Assembly (NCBI GenBank): GCA_964564295.1
Contig: CAZMBS010000004.1
Location: 1 to 47,415, forward strand
Reading direction: 5' to 3'
Source: an uncultured Streptomycetaceae bacterium
Lineage (GTDB): Bacteria; Pseudomonadota; Gammaproteobacteria; Burkholderiales; SG8-41
Length of the DNA stretch: 47,415 bases
Shown here piece by piece: positions 33,259 through 42,317 of the stretch (positions are counted from its first letter, which is position 1; each line of letters begins with the position of its first letter). Both the position numbers and the translations under genes were made by a program. Below the pieces are notes generated by a model. It was not told where the DNA came from, did no database searches, and worked only from the letters and a program-made list of their open reading frames with translations.

Positions 33259-33532
33259 ATCCCTGATTGCCTTCGCTCTTTTTTTCCGGCGACGCGACGG
33301 ACCCCACGTCGCCCGGCCCCGGATCGAGGCCCATGAGCCTCAGCAGCCACGCAATGATGAATCCCGCCAGCAGCGGCCACCAGTGCGTCAGCATCACGGC
33401 GAGCGCGGCCGCCGTCCCGTAGGTCATGCCGATCAAAAACAGGCCGTAGTGCCGGGTGCGCCGGTAGGCCAGCATCAGCGCGATCGCCATGAACACGAAA
33501 CAGGCGGAAAAAAGATAGACCACGATTTCCAT
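33257..33532 (-). CDS. Hypothetical small integral membrane protein (3 predicted TM helices)
   Basis: 91-aa hydrophobic ORF ending at the terminator. Confidence 0.5.
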   Translation of the reverse strand: MEIVVYLFSACFVFMAIALMLAYRRTRHYGLFLIGMTYGTAAALAVMLTHWWPLLAGFIIAWLLRLMGLDPGPGDVGSVASPEKKSEGNQG

Positions 33533-33612
33533 GCGAATGGCCGCGGCGATGCCGGGTAACTCGAAGTGCCACGCATTTTATCATCCCGGGCCACCCGAAA
33601 GTCCCCTCTGCT

Positions 33613-34836
33613 ATGATGGTCGGCAGCCGATCCATCGAGCGCTCGCGCCCCATGTCCACCGCCACCCAGAAGCGAACCCTGCGCACCTGCAGCGCGGTGC
33701 ACGCGGTGCACGACGGATTTTCCGACGTGAGCTACGTGCTGCTGCCGTTGCTCGCGCAGACGTTCGGCCTGAACCTCACGCAAGTCGGCATGATCCGCAC
33801 CGCGCACCGCGTTGCAATGGCAACGTTTCAGATACCGGCGGGCATCATCGCGGAGCGCTTCGGCGAGCGCAACCTGCTCGCGCTCGGCACGTTCGTCGCC
33901 GGCGCGGCGTTTATCGGGCTCGGCTTCGCAACCGGCTACTGGATGATTCTCATCGCGCTGTTTTTCGCCGGCATGGGCTCCGCCGTTCAGCATCCGCTGT
34001 CTTCGACGGTCATCTCGCACGCGTATCCCGGAGAAGGCCGGCGCACCGCGCTCGGCACCTATAATTTTTTCGGCGACGTGGGCAAGTTCCTGTTCGGCGG
34101 CATCGTAAGTCTTGCCGTGGTGGCAGGCCTCTCGTGGCAGGTGCCGGTCGTCGGCATGGGCGTCCTCGGCATCGCAACCGCGGTGGTCGTGTTGATATGG
34201 GTGGCCAACACCCGGTCGCGCGCTCCCGGCGCCGCCGCCCGGCAACCGCGCTCCGCCGGCTGGGGCATACGCCACAAGCCCGCGTTCGCCGCGCTCTGCG
34301 CGCTCGACGCCATCGACAGCATGACGCGCACCGGATTTCTCACGTTCATCGCGTTCCTGCTGATTGCGCGCGGCCTGCCGGAGGGCTGGGCGGCGCTCGC
34401 CGTGCCGCTGATACTGGTCGGAGGCATGGCCGGCAAGTACGCGTGCGGGGTGCTCGCCGAGCGTCTCGGCGTGTTGCGCACGATCATCATCACCGAAGTG
34501 GCGACCGGTGCCGGCATCCTGCTCACGCTGGTGCTGCCGGTCACCGCGACGTTTCTGCTGCTGCCGCTCGTCGGCATCGTATTGCAGGGCACCTCGTCGG
34601 TCATCTACGGCACGATCGGCGACCTCGTCGAACAGGACAAGCTGCCGCGCGCGTTTGCGCTGATCTACACCGTCAGCGCGACGAGCGGTATCGTGTCCCC
34701 GCTCGTCTACGGACTGCTCGGCGACACCATCGGCATCGAAACGACCATCGCGATCGTAGGCTGCGTGGTTCTGCTCACGCTTCCACTGTGCCTGGTGCTG
34801 CGCGTGCCGCAACATGCGCCGGAACCCGCCGCCTGA
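33613..34836 (+). CDS. MFS transporter
   Basis: About 400-aa 12-TM-like hydrophobic protein. The start may be MSTATQK at 33652. Confidence 0.8.
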   Translation: MMVGSRSIERSRPMSTATQKRTLRTCSAVHAVHDGFSDVSYVLLPLLAQTFGLNLTQVGMIRTAHRVAMATFQIPAGIIAERFGERNLLALGTFVAGAAFIGLGFATGYWMILIALFFAGMGSAVQHPLSSTVISHAYPGEGRRTALGTYNFFGDVGKFLFGGIVSLAVVAGLSWQVPVVGMGVLGIATAVVVLIWVANTRSRAPGAAARQPRSAGWGIRHKPAFAALCALDAIDSMTRTGFLTFIAFLLIARGLPEGWAALAVPLILVGGMAGKYACGVLAERLGVLRTIIITEVATGAGILLTLVLPVTATFLLLPLVGIVLQGTSSVIYGTIGDLVEQDKLPRAFALIYTVSATSGIVSPLVYGLLGDTIGIETTIAIVGCVVLLTLPLCLVLRVPQHAPEPAA

Positions 34837-34862
34837 ACATCCCGCCCTCGGAGGAGGAAACC

Positions 34863-35333
34863 ATGTCGCGAACACACAGGCTCATTGTCAACGGCAAACC
34901 CGCCCGCATCGCCGCGGACGATCCGCAGATGCCGCTGCTGTACGCACTGCGCAATCAGCTCGGTCTCACGGGCCCGCATTTCGGCTGCGGCCTCGCGCAA
35001 TGCGGCGCGTGCACCGTGCACGTCGCGGGCAAAGCCGTGCGCGCGTGTGTGTTCCCGCTGTCCGCCGCGGCGGGCAAGGAAGTCACGACGCTCGAGGGCT
35101 TGGGCACGCCCGAACGGCCGCACCCGCTGCAGCAGGCGTTCATCGACGAACAGGCCGTGCAGTGCGGCTATTGCATCAACGGCATGATCATGCAGGCGAA
35201 GGCGTTGCTCGATGCCAACAAGTCGCCGACGGACGACGACGTGAAGCGCGCGCTGGCCAACAACCTTTGCCGCTGCGGCACGCATCTGCGTATCGTTCGT
35301 GCGATAAAACGTGCCGCGAAATCAATGGTTTAG
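34863..35333 (+). CDS. (2Fe-2S)-binding small subunit of an IorA-type molybdo-oxidoreductase
   Basis: 156 aa from MSRTHRL (GGAGGA SD). Cys clusters GCGLAQCGACTV and CGYC..CRCG. Confidence 0.9.
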   Translation: MSRTHRLIVNGKPARIAADDPQMPLLYALRNQLGLTGPHFGCGLAQCGACTVHVAGKAVRACVFPLSAAAGKEVTTLEGLGTPERPHPLQQAFIDEQAVQCGYCINGMIMQAKALLDANKSPTDDDVKRALANNLCRCGTHLRIVRAIKRAAKSMV

Positions 35334-35345
35334 GATGACTCAGCC

Positions 35346-37544
35346 ATGACATTCCCTATCGTAAATCGCCGTGAATTCCTCGCCGCGGGTGGCGCGCTGG
35401 TCGTCTCGTTCGCGCTGCCGGGTACTGCATCCGCACAGGCGCACGCCGCCGTGAAAAGTGTTTCCATCGGCGAAGTGGACGGCTTTCTCGCCATCGGCGC
35501 CGACGGCGCTGTAACCGTCTACTCCGGCAAGGTCGATCTCGGCACCGGTGTGCGCACCGCGCTGCTGCAGATGGCCGCCGAGGAACTCGATGTGCCGCTC
35601 GACCGCATCACGATGATCGAGGGCGACACGTTGCTCACGCCGGATCAGGGCGCGACGACGAGCAGCGTTTCGATTTCACGCGGCGGCATCGAGATCCGGC
35701 GCGCCGCAGCCACGGCGCGCGCCGCCCTGCTCGCCGAGGCCGCGAAAGTACTGGGCACGGGCGCCGAATCGCTCTCGACGGAAGGCGGGGCGGTGGTGTC
35801 GAACGACGGCCGCCGCTTGCCTTATGCCAGGCTCGTCGGCGGGAAGACTTTCCGGCTCAAGCTCGATCCAAAGGCGCGCACCAAGGATCCGAAAACCTAC
35901 CGATTCGTCGGCAAATCCGTGCCGCGCGTGGACATACCCGCCAAGGTCATGGGCACGTTCGCTTACATGCACGACTTCAGACTGCCGGGCATGCTGCACG
36001 CGCGCGTGGTGCGGCCGCCGGCCATGCGCGGACATCTGTCCGGCGTCGACGATGCCGCGGCGAAACAAATTCCCGGTTACGTCAGCACGTTCCGCAATCG
36101 CGATTTCCTCGCGGTCGTGGCGCGCGACGAATGGGCCGCGATTCGCGCCGCGCGGGCGCTGAAACCCGAGTGGGCCAACTGGGCTGGTCTGCCCGACCAG
36201 GCGAAGCTGTGGGAGACGGTGCGCACGACGCCCGTCGTTCGCGACGACGTGACCCAGAATACCGGCAACGCCCCGGAGGCGCTGCGGTCCGCGCCGCGCG
36301 TGCTCAAGGCGACGTTCGACTTCGCGATACACACGCACGGGTCCATCGGTCCTTCCTGCGCCGTGGCCCATTGGAAGGACGGCGGCCTCACGGTCTGGAC
36401 CGCGTCGCAGCAGACGCACGAACTCCGCAAGCAGCTTGCGGACATGTTCGCGATGCAGCACGCGGCCGTGCGTTGCATCTATCTCGAAGGCTCCGGCTGC
36501 TACGGCCGCAACGGGCATGAGGACGCGGCCGCCGACGCGGCGCTCGTCGCGAAGGAAATCGGCGCGCCGGTCCGGGTGCAGTGGAGTCGCGAGGACGAGC
36601 ATGTGTGGGACCCGAAAGGCCCGCCCACGCTCATCGACTACGTTGCGGGGCTCGACGCGCGGGGCGACATCGTCGCGTGGACCTCCGAGGCCTGGATACC
36701 GCAGGGCCAGGCGGTTTCCCGCGCGACTTTGATCGCTGCCGATCTCGCCGGCCTGCCCAAGGATGCGTCGCATCCCGGCAGCATCCAGCAGCACCTCGCG
36801 ATCCAGTACGCTTTTCCGAACGTGCGCACGGTCGCGCACCGGCTCGCGGACACGCCGTTCCGGCCATCGTGGATACGCACCCCGGGGCGCATGCAGAACA
36901 CGTTCGGCAACGAGGTGTTTCTTGACGAGATCGCACAGGCATCGGGCGCCGATCCGCTCGAATTCCGCATGCGGCATCTCAAGGATGCGCGCGGCCTCGA
37001 GGTATTGCGCCGGCTGCAGAAACTCGCGAACTGGCAGCCGCGCGGCGCGCAGTCGGCGCGCGCGAGCGGCGACATCGCGACCGGTCGCGGGGTCTCCTAC
37101 GTGAAGTACGAGCTCGTGCGCACGTACGTCGCGGCTGTTGCCGATGTCGAGGTCAACCGCAGAACCGGCGCCGTGCGCGTGACGCGGTTCCACGTCGCGC
37201 ACGACTGCGGGCAGATCATCAATCCCGACGGATTGAAGAACCAGATCGAAGGCAACGTGATCCAGACCACGAGCCGGACGCTGATCGAGGAACTGCAGTT
37301 CAACCGCTCGACCGTCACGAGCCGCGACTGGGCCAGCTACCCGATCCTGCGCTTTCCGGACGTGCCCGACGTGGTCATGGATCTGATCGACCGCCCGAAC
37401 GAGGCGCCCTGGGGCGCGGGCGAGCCCACCACGGCCGTCGTGCCTTCCGCGATATCGAACGCGGTATTCGACGCCGTCGGCGTGCGCCTGCGATCCGTGC
37501 CGTTCACGCCCGAAAAAGTGCTCGCGGCGCTGCGCCGCGGCTGA
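35346..37544 (+). CDS. Molybdopterin-binding large subunit (IorB / aldehyde oxidase-type) with a Tat signal
   Basis: 732 aa. The N-terminal NRREFLAAGGALVVSF..ASAQA Tat-like signal and the size and pattern match isoquinoline 1-oxidoreductase beta-type subunits. Confidence 0.85.
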   Translation: MTFPIVNRREFLAAGGALVVSFALPGTASAQAHAAVKSVSIGEVDGFLAIGADGAVTVYSGKVDLGTGVRTALLQMAAEELDVPLDRITMIEGDTLLTPDQGATTSSVSISRGGIEIRRAAATARAALLAEAAKVLGTGAESLSTEGGAVVSNDGRRLPYARLVGGKTFRLKLDPKARTKDPKTYRFVGKSVPRVDIPAKVMGTFAYMHDFRLPGMLHARVVRPPAMRGHLSGVDDAAAKQIPGYVSTFRNRDFLAVVARDEWAAIRAARALKPEWANWAGLPDQAKLWETVRTTPVVRDDVTQNTGNAPEALRSAPRVLKATFDFAIHTHGSIGPSCAVAHWKDGGLTVWTASQQTHELRKQLADMFAMQHAAVRCIYLEGSGCYGRNGHEDAAADAALVAKEIGAPVRVQWSREDEHVWDPKGPPTLIDYVAGLDARGDIVAWTSEAWIPQGQAVSRATLIAADLAGLPKDASHPGSIQQHLAIQYAFPNVRTVAHRLADTPFRPSWIRTPGRMQNTFGNEVFLDEIAQASGADPLEFRMRHLKDARGLEVLRRLQKLANWQPRGAQSARASGDIATGRGVSYVKYELVRTYVAAVADVEVNRRTGAVRVTRFHVAHDCGQIINPDGLKNQIEGNVIQTTSRTLIEELQFNRSTVTSRDWASYPILRFPDVPDVVMDLIDRPNEAPWGAGEPTTAVVPSAISNAVFDAVGVRLRSVPFTPEKVLAALRRG

Positions 37545-38086
37545 GCGATCCCTTGCGTTCGCGGACGCCTCCGTTTGCGTGCGATCAGAACCGAGACGTA
37601 AGGAGCACCCATGGCAGGAAAATAAAGGATCAGCTACATCCCGCTCGACCGGAAGGACGACGCGATGCGCGCGGAAGCAGATCAAGCTGCTGCTGGAGTA
37701 CGCGGCTAAGAACAACCAGGCACATCACGCGTCACTGTGCGCTCGTGAGTACATCCCTGCTCTATTGAAGAGTAAAGGCCATCTCCTTAGTAGAAAAACC
37801 CGATCTCTTCTAAAGAAAACTTGTGCACGGCATGAGTGACCGACCGGGAACAAAAAGCATTGCCACGGGAACTTTCGATGATACCGGTCAGTAACGCTGC
37901 GATAGCGTGCAAGAACTAACGGGCATTGCGCCGACTTGAACCCATACGGTGCAATGCGCTGCGCTTGTTGCCCCCTGCAAGGGCTGAAGCAAGATGATTG
38001 CGTATGCCGGCAGAAGTTTTCGGCGTTTTTCCTCGCCATTCATCGCAAATTCGATCCCATGCACCGGTCCGTGACCGTTGGTGTGA

Positions 38087-38115
38087 TTGACAACAGTATT
38101 GGGTGTTGGTATTCT
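38087..38115 (+). promoter_or_regulatory. Sigma70-like promoter TTGACA-N17-TATTCT positioned for a leaderless or near-leaderless transcript of the 38123 gene
   Basis: Consensus -35 at 38087-38092, 17-nt spacer, -10 TATTCT at 38110-38115, then only 7 nt to the ATG at 38123. There is no SD. Confidence 0.4.
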
Positions 38116-38122
38116 CTCCAAC

Positions 38123-38419
38123 ATGACGGCCGTTCAGCTCGTCCGTACCCGAATCATCTACGCTGAATCGGCGTTTGCCGAGCTGGTGCTGTGGAAGTTA
38201 CTGAAACCCGTAGCCGGTTCCGCCCACGATTACAAGTACAGGCTGGCATACGTGGTAAACGGCGTGTGCGTCCTTCGCTACGACAACGAGGTTGGGAAGG
38301 GCGACCACCGCCACTTCGGCGGCAAGGAAAGCCGCTACAACTTCACCAAACCGGAGCAATTGATCGCCGACTTTCAACGAGACGTAGCGAGGTGGAACCG
38401 TGAAAACCGTAATCCTTGA
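38123..38419 (+). CDS. TumE-like (DUF6516-type) putative toxin
   Basis: 98 aa from MTAVQLV. The pattern KYRLAYVVNG..LRYDNEVGKGDHRHFGGKE..YNFT..EQLIADF matches my recollection of the DUF6516/TumE family. Overlaps the next gene by 20 nt. Confidence 0.6.
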   Translation: MTAVQLVRTRIIYAESAFAELVLWKLLKPVAGSAHDYKYRLAYVVNGVCVLRYDNEVGKGDHRHFGGKESRYNFTKPEQLIADFQRDVARWNRENRNP

Positions 38420-38747
38420 TGTACGCGCACCCGCCGATTCGATGGTTGACTTCGTGCAGGCATGGAAGTCGGGTAAGCCTCGAAAGTCCGCGCGTATCAG
38501 CTTTGCCACTCCCGAGCTCCTTTGGCAAGTGCTCACCGTCAAGCGGTGGGAATTGCTCAAGGCCCTGTGCGGGGTGGGTCCGGTCTCTATCCGTGAAGCG
38601 GCACGCCGTGTAGGTCGTGATGTAAAAGCCGTCCACGGCGACGTGACGGCGTTGCTTGGTGCCGGCGTGCTCGATCGCACGAAAGAAGGCAGCATCGTGT
38701 TTCCGTTTGAGGCGGTTAAGGTCGAGTTCCTGTTGCAGGCCGCGTAG
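38400..38747 (+). CDS. wHTH DNA-binding protein (TumA / HVO_A0114-like putative antitoxin)
   Basis: 115 aa with a GTG start. ISFATPELLWQVLTVKRWELLKALCGVGPVSIREAARRVGRDVKAVHGDVTALLGAGVL is typical of this predicted-regulator family. Confidence 0.6.
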   Translation: MKTVILDVRAPADSMVDFVQAWKSGKPRKSARISFATPELLWQVLTVKRWELLKALCGVGPVSIREAARRVGRDVKAVHGDVTALLGAGVLDRTKEGSIVFPFEAVKVEFLLQAA

Positions 38748-38787
38748 CGTGGTGGCACCGATGGCGCCCTGTCCCGGGGCGAACGAT

Positions 38788-39840
38788 ATGAGTGAACCCA
38801 GCGTGCGCGTCGCAACGAGATTCGCCGGATTAGCCTTCGCGTGCTGCCTGCTCGCGCCGCTCGCGGCGCCTGCGGCGCAGGCGCTGCCGCTGCCCGCGCT
38901 GCCGCCCGGCACGATCGAACTGCGCGTTGCCTACGTGCGCAATCCGCGGCTGCCGGAAATGTCGGAGCAGCAGTTGCAGACGGTGCTGCGTGCAGCCGCG
39001 CGCAGCGCACAGGCGCACTTCCGGCGCGCCGTGCAATTCTCGCCGGTCACGACGTTCACGATCGCCGAAGTGTTTGGCCGCGTCACACCCGAGCTCGCGC
39101 GCAAACTCGACGCCGACGTGTACGACTTCAAGACCGGCGGCGGCGATCTCCCGCGGCTGCGGAAAAGCTTCGAGGAGGACATTCGCGGCTGGGGCGATCC
39201 GCTGGACGCGCTGATCCGCTACACGCGCCCTCACCTGCTTGTGCCGCTGCGGGCACAGAGCTTCCCGGCGTTGGCGGATGCGCTGCTCGACACGCAGCTT
39301 GCGCGGCTCGACGCGTTTCGCCGCGAGCGGCTTGCCGACGGCCGTCCGCTCATCGACGATGCGCCGTACAACGAATACGTATACTGGGATGCGGTCGATG
39401 CGCTCGACATGCCGTTCGAGGTCATCCTGACGAATCAGTTGATGGCAAGCGTCGAATATCGCGGCGCTTCCGCACACAGCGCGATTCGCGGCGGCATCAC
39501 CAACGGCGTGACGTCGCTGAACCGCGCATCGCGTTTCGGCACGACGTCGATCGTGTCGACCTACCCGTTCATCGCGGACGATGCGGCGACCCGCGCGCTG
39601 CGCGGCAACGAAAGCTATGCGCCGCCGGATGCCGCGCGCTACGCGGGACTGCTGCTCACCCACGAACTGGGGCACCAGTTGTTCCACGTCGGCCACCCGT
39701 ACGGACGCCGCGCCTGCATCATGAGCCCGACCCCGCTGCTGCGTTTCCGGCAATGGGCGGCAGGTCTTGCCGCGAAAGATTGTCCGCTGCCGGGACCGGG
39801 CGCGATGAAACCCGGCGCCGTGAAATTTCCTGTGGACTAG
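38788..39840 (+). CDS. Secreted hypothetical protein with an atypical HExxH zinc-peptidase-like motif
   Basis: Start at MSEPSV (38761 is an alternative) with signal peptide ..APAAQA. C-terminal HELGHQLFHVGHPYGRRACIM followed by a second Cys. Confidence 0.6.
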   Translation: MSEPSVRVATRFAGLAFACCLLAPLAAPAAQALPLPALPPGTIELRVAYVRNPRLPEMSEQQLQTVLRAAARSAQAHFRRAVQFSPVTTFTIAEVFGRVTPELARKLDADVYDFKTGGGDLPRLRKSFEEDIRGWGDPLDALIRYTRPHLLVPLRAQSFPALADALLDTQLARLDAFRRERLADGRPLIDDAPYNEYVYWDAVDALDMPFEVILTNQLMASVEYRGASAHSAIRGGITNGVTSLNRASRFGTTSIVSTYPFIADDAATRALRGNESYAPPDAARYAGLLLTHELGHQLFHVGHPYGRRACIMSPTPLLRFRQWAAGLAAKDCPLPGPGAMKPGAVKFPVD

Positions 39841-39919
39841 CGCCCGTCGATCGATCATCGTAACTTATTGATTATATGAATATTTTATATTCCGATCCCG
39901 TGCGGTATTGCGCTCCCGC

Positions 39920-40396
39920 ATGACACGGTCCGGCGCGATCCGGGTGGGCCTGATATCGGACACGCACGGGTTGCTGCGGCCGCAGGCCATTGCGGCGCTC
40001 GCGGAGAGCGACTACATCGTGCATGCGGGCGACATCGGCGATGCGGAGATACTCGACGAACTTGCGCGCATCGCGCCGGTGACCGCGGTGCGCGGCAACA
40101 TCGATCGCGGCCCGTGGGCGTTGCCTATCCCCGAGACCAACGTGCTCGATACCGGCCCGATCGCGCTTTATGTCATTCACAACATCGATGAACTCGACAT
40201 CGATCCGCGCGCGGCAGGCATGCACGCGGTGATCTACGGTCATTCGCACCGGCCGCTGCACGAACAGAAGGACGGCGTGTGTTTCGTGAATCCCGGCAGC
40301 GCAGGGCCGCGCCGCTTCACGCTGCCGGTCTCGGTCGGAAGGTTGACGATCACGGGCACGTCCATCACGGCCCGGCTCATCACGCTGTCGGTCTGA
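39920..40396 (+). CDS. YfcE/MJ0936-type metallophosphoesterase
   Basis: IRVGLISDTHG, HAGDIGD, VRGNID and GHSH motifs. The ATG at 39920 lies inside the track ORF. Confidence 0.85.
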   Translation: MTRSGAIRVGLISDTHGLLRPQAIAALAESDYIVHAGDIGDAEILDELARIAPVTAVRGNIDRGPWALPIPETNVLDTGPIALYVIHNIDELDIDPRAAGMHAVIYGHSHRPLHEQKDGVCFVNPGSAGPRRFTLPVSVGRLTITGTSITARLITLSV

Positions 40397-40410
40397 ACGC
40401 CCGGGATCCG

Positions 40411-40968
40411 CTAATCCTTCTGCGCGTTGCGGATCGCGCGGGAAACGAACTCGTGTTCGATCGACTCGCTTTCGTTCATGCCGATCTTTTCGAGCAGAGG
40501 CTTCAACTTGTCGCCGTGCACGCGCAGCAGCGCATCGTCCAGCGACAGGTGAAACGTGACGTGCGAGGCCGCAGCCAGCGCTGCCGCCGCGCGCACGATA
40601 CCGTCGTCGGCCGAACGCCGCTCGTTGCGACCGCACACCAGCACCTCAAGCGGCACCGCGGGCTCCGGAGCGCCCTGAGCCTGCAGCGCGCCCGGCATCG
40701 CGACTACCACCGCGCCGCGCGTCGCCAGTCGTTCGCGCAGCGCACCGGCATCGACCACGCTCAGGCACCGTACGGGGTTGAACGTCGATAACGCGCCTGC
40801 GACTTCCTCGGCGGCAGCCAGCGTGAGCGCAACGACGATGACGCAGGAATCTTCGGCAAGGATTTCCACATCGCCGCGCAATCCGTTGCGGCGCGCGGTA
40901 TCGGACAGCCACACGGCATCCTTGCTTTCCGGCGCGGCGTCCTTCTTCCCGAATAAATTGCCGAACAA
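40411..40968 (-). CDS. Hypothetical protein (185 aa)
   Basis: An ORF with normal composition and no motif I recognise. Confidence 0.45.
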   Translation of the reverse strand: MFGNLFGKKDAAPESKDAVWLSDTARRNGLRGDVEILAEDSCVIVVALTLAAAEEVAGALSTFNPVRCLSVVDAGALRERLATRGAVVVAMPGALQAQGAPEPAVPLEVLVCGRNERRSADDGIVRAAAALAAASHVTFHLSLDDALLRVHGDKLKPLLEKIGMNESESIEHEFVSRAIRNAQKD

Positions 40969-41085
40969 GTGAGTCTCCTCCTGGTGCGCAGCGGACTTAT
41001 CCTCGCCCGACCCGCGCTTCGATACCGCGCGCCAGGTTCGGCCCGTGAAGCGGAACGCAGTACGTGTGCCCGCCGAACGACGGGT

Positions 41086-42282
41086 CTAGGCTGCCTTCAG
41101 ACTGCCGCGGGTGCCCGCCGCGAGTCCCGGCACGCGCGAGGCGCGCACGTAGACGTATCCCTCGAACAGCCGCCGCTGCGTGCGATAGAAAGCGCCCTGC
41201 TCCGCGCGCCAGTTGTCGCCGTCGCGACGGACGCTGGCCGCGACGGTGAGCATGCCCGACGGCATGCCGATGCGGATCGGCGCGTCGCGGTCAGCGGTCG
41301 GTCGTGCGACCTGCTGCACGACCGTGCCGTCGATGCGCGCGGCAACCGCCGTGCACAGCGACACCGTCAGCGGCAGCGCGCGATGCGGCTGTCCGTTCGA
41401 CAACATGCGCGCGGTGACGTCCGTATCGTCCGGCCCGATGGTTTCCCCCGACAACAGCGCAGCGGACTGCGGCGGCGACACGAAACCCACGAACGGCACG
41501 GCGGATTTTTTTGCGGCTTCCTCGTGTGTTCCGGCAATGCCCATCGCGACGGACGCGGCGACGCGGATGGCTCCGAGTTTTTTCATGATGCCGGCATCCG
41601 CTTCCAGCGCATCCGGCATTTCGATTCCGGTGAGACCCAGGTCCGACGCGCGCACGAACACCGTGGCGTTCGCCGCGTCGACCATGGATACCGTGATCCG
41701 CCCGATGCCCGGCACATCGAGCGTGTCGGTGACGTTGCCGGTCGGCAGGAGCCTGCCGGTCGTGGCGCCGCCGGGCTCCAGAAACTCTAGCCGCACCGGT
41801 GATCCCGTTCCGGACACGCCCGGTATCGCGAGGTCGCCGTCGACGGCCGACAGTCCATCATCGATCTGGAACCGCGCCTGGATGATTTTTTTCGTATTCG
41901 TATTATGTATGCGCACGAGCGCTTCCGGCCCGGCGACCCGGAATATCCCCTCGTCGACGGCGAACGGTCCCATCGCCGAGGACATGTTGCCGCAGTTCGC
42001 GCCGTAATCGACCTTCGCCTCTTTCACCTGCACCTGCGCGAACGTGTAGTCGATGTCGGCATCCGGGCGCGTGGACGGTCCGACCACGCAGACTTTCGAC
42101 AGCGAGGAGACACCGCCGCCCATGCCATCGAGTTGCCGGCCGTACGGATCGGGACTGCCGATCGCCGCGAGAAAGATGTCGTCCCATTGCGCGCGGTCGC
42201 GCGGCAGATCCTTCGCGTGGAACACGATGGCGTTGCTCGTGCCGCCGCGCATGAACACCGCAGGGAGTTTGAGCTGTTTCAT
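41086..42282 (-). CDS. PrpF-family isomerase (2-methylaconitate isomerase / 4-oxalomesaconate tautomerase superfamily)
   Basis: 398 aa. The N-terminus LPAVFMRGGTSNAIVFH..SPDPYGRQLDGMGGGVSSLSKV is the PrpF hallmark. Confidence 0.85.
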   Translation of the reverse strand: MKQLKLPAVFMRGGTSNAIVFHAKDLPRDRAQWDDIFLAAIGSPDPYGRQLDGMGGGVSSLSKVCVVGPSTRPDADIDYTFAQVQVKEAKVDYGANCGNMSSAMGPFAVDEGIFRVAGPEALVRIHNTNTKKIIQARFQIDDGLSAVDGDLAIPGVSGTGSPVRLEFLEPGGATTGRLLPTGNVTDTLDVPGIGRITVSMVDAANATVFVRASDLGLTGIEMPDALEADAGIMKKLGAIRVAASVAMGIAGTHEEAAKKSAVPFVGFVSPPQSAALLSGETIGPDDTDVTARMLSNGQPHRALPLTVSLCTAVAARIDGTVVQQVARPTADRDAPIRIGMPSGMLTVAASVRRDGDNWRAEQGAFYRTQRRLFEGYVYVRASRVPGLAAGTRGSLKAA

Positions 42283-42317
42283 CAGGGCACCATTCCATGT
42301 GTATGAATTTCAACAGG

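Noticed and set aside
34863-37544. A possibly missing third subunit (cytochrome c or FAD) of the molybdo-oxidoreductase, perhaps deleted by the adjacent lower-GC insertion.
   Set aside because: Two-subunit IorAB-type enzymes are a normal architecture. I saw no CxxCH-containing remnant in the 580-bp gap downstream.
37725-38166. ORFs of 76-104 aa on both strands in the gap before the TumE-like gene.
   Set aside because: They overlap one another, are Cys/Arg-rich, and lack SD sequences and motifs. One begins on the predicted -35 region. They more likely reflect decayed or non-coding DNA.
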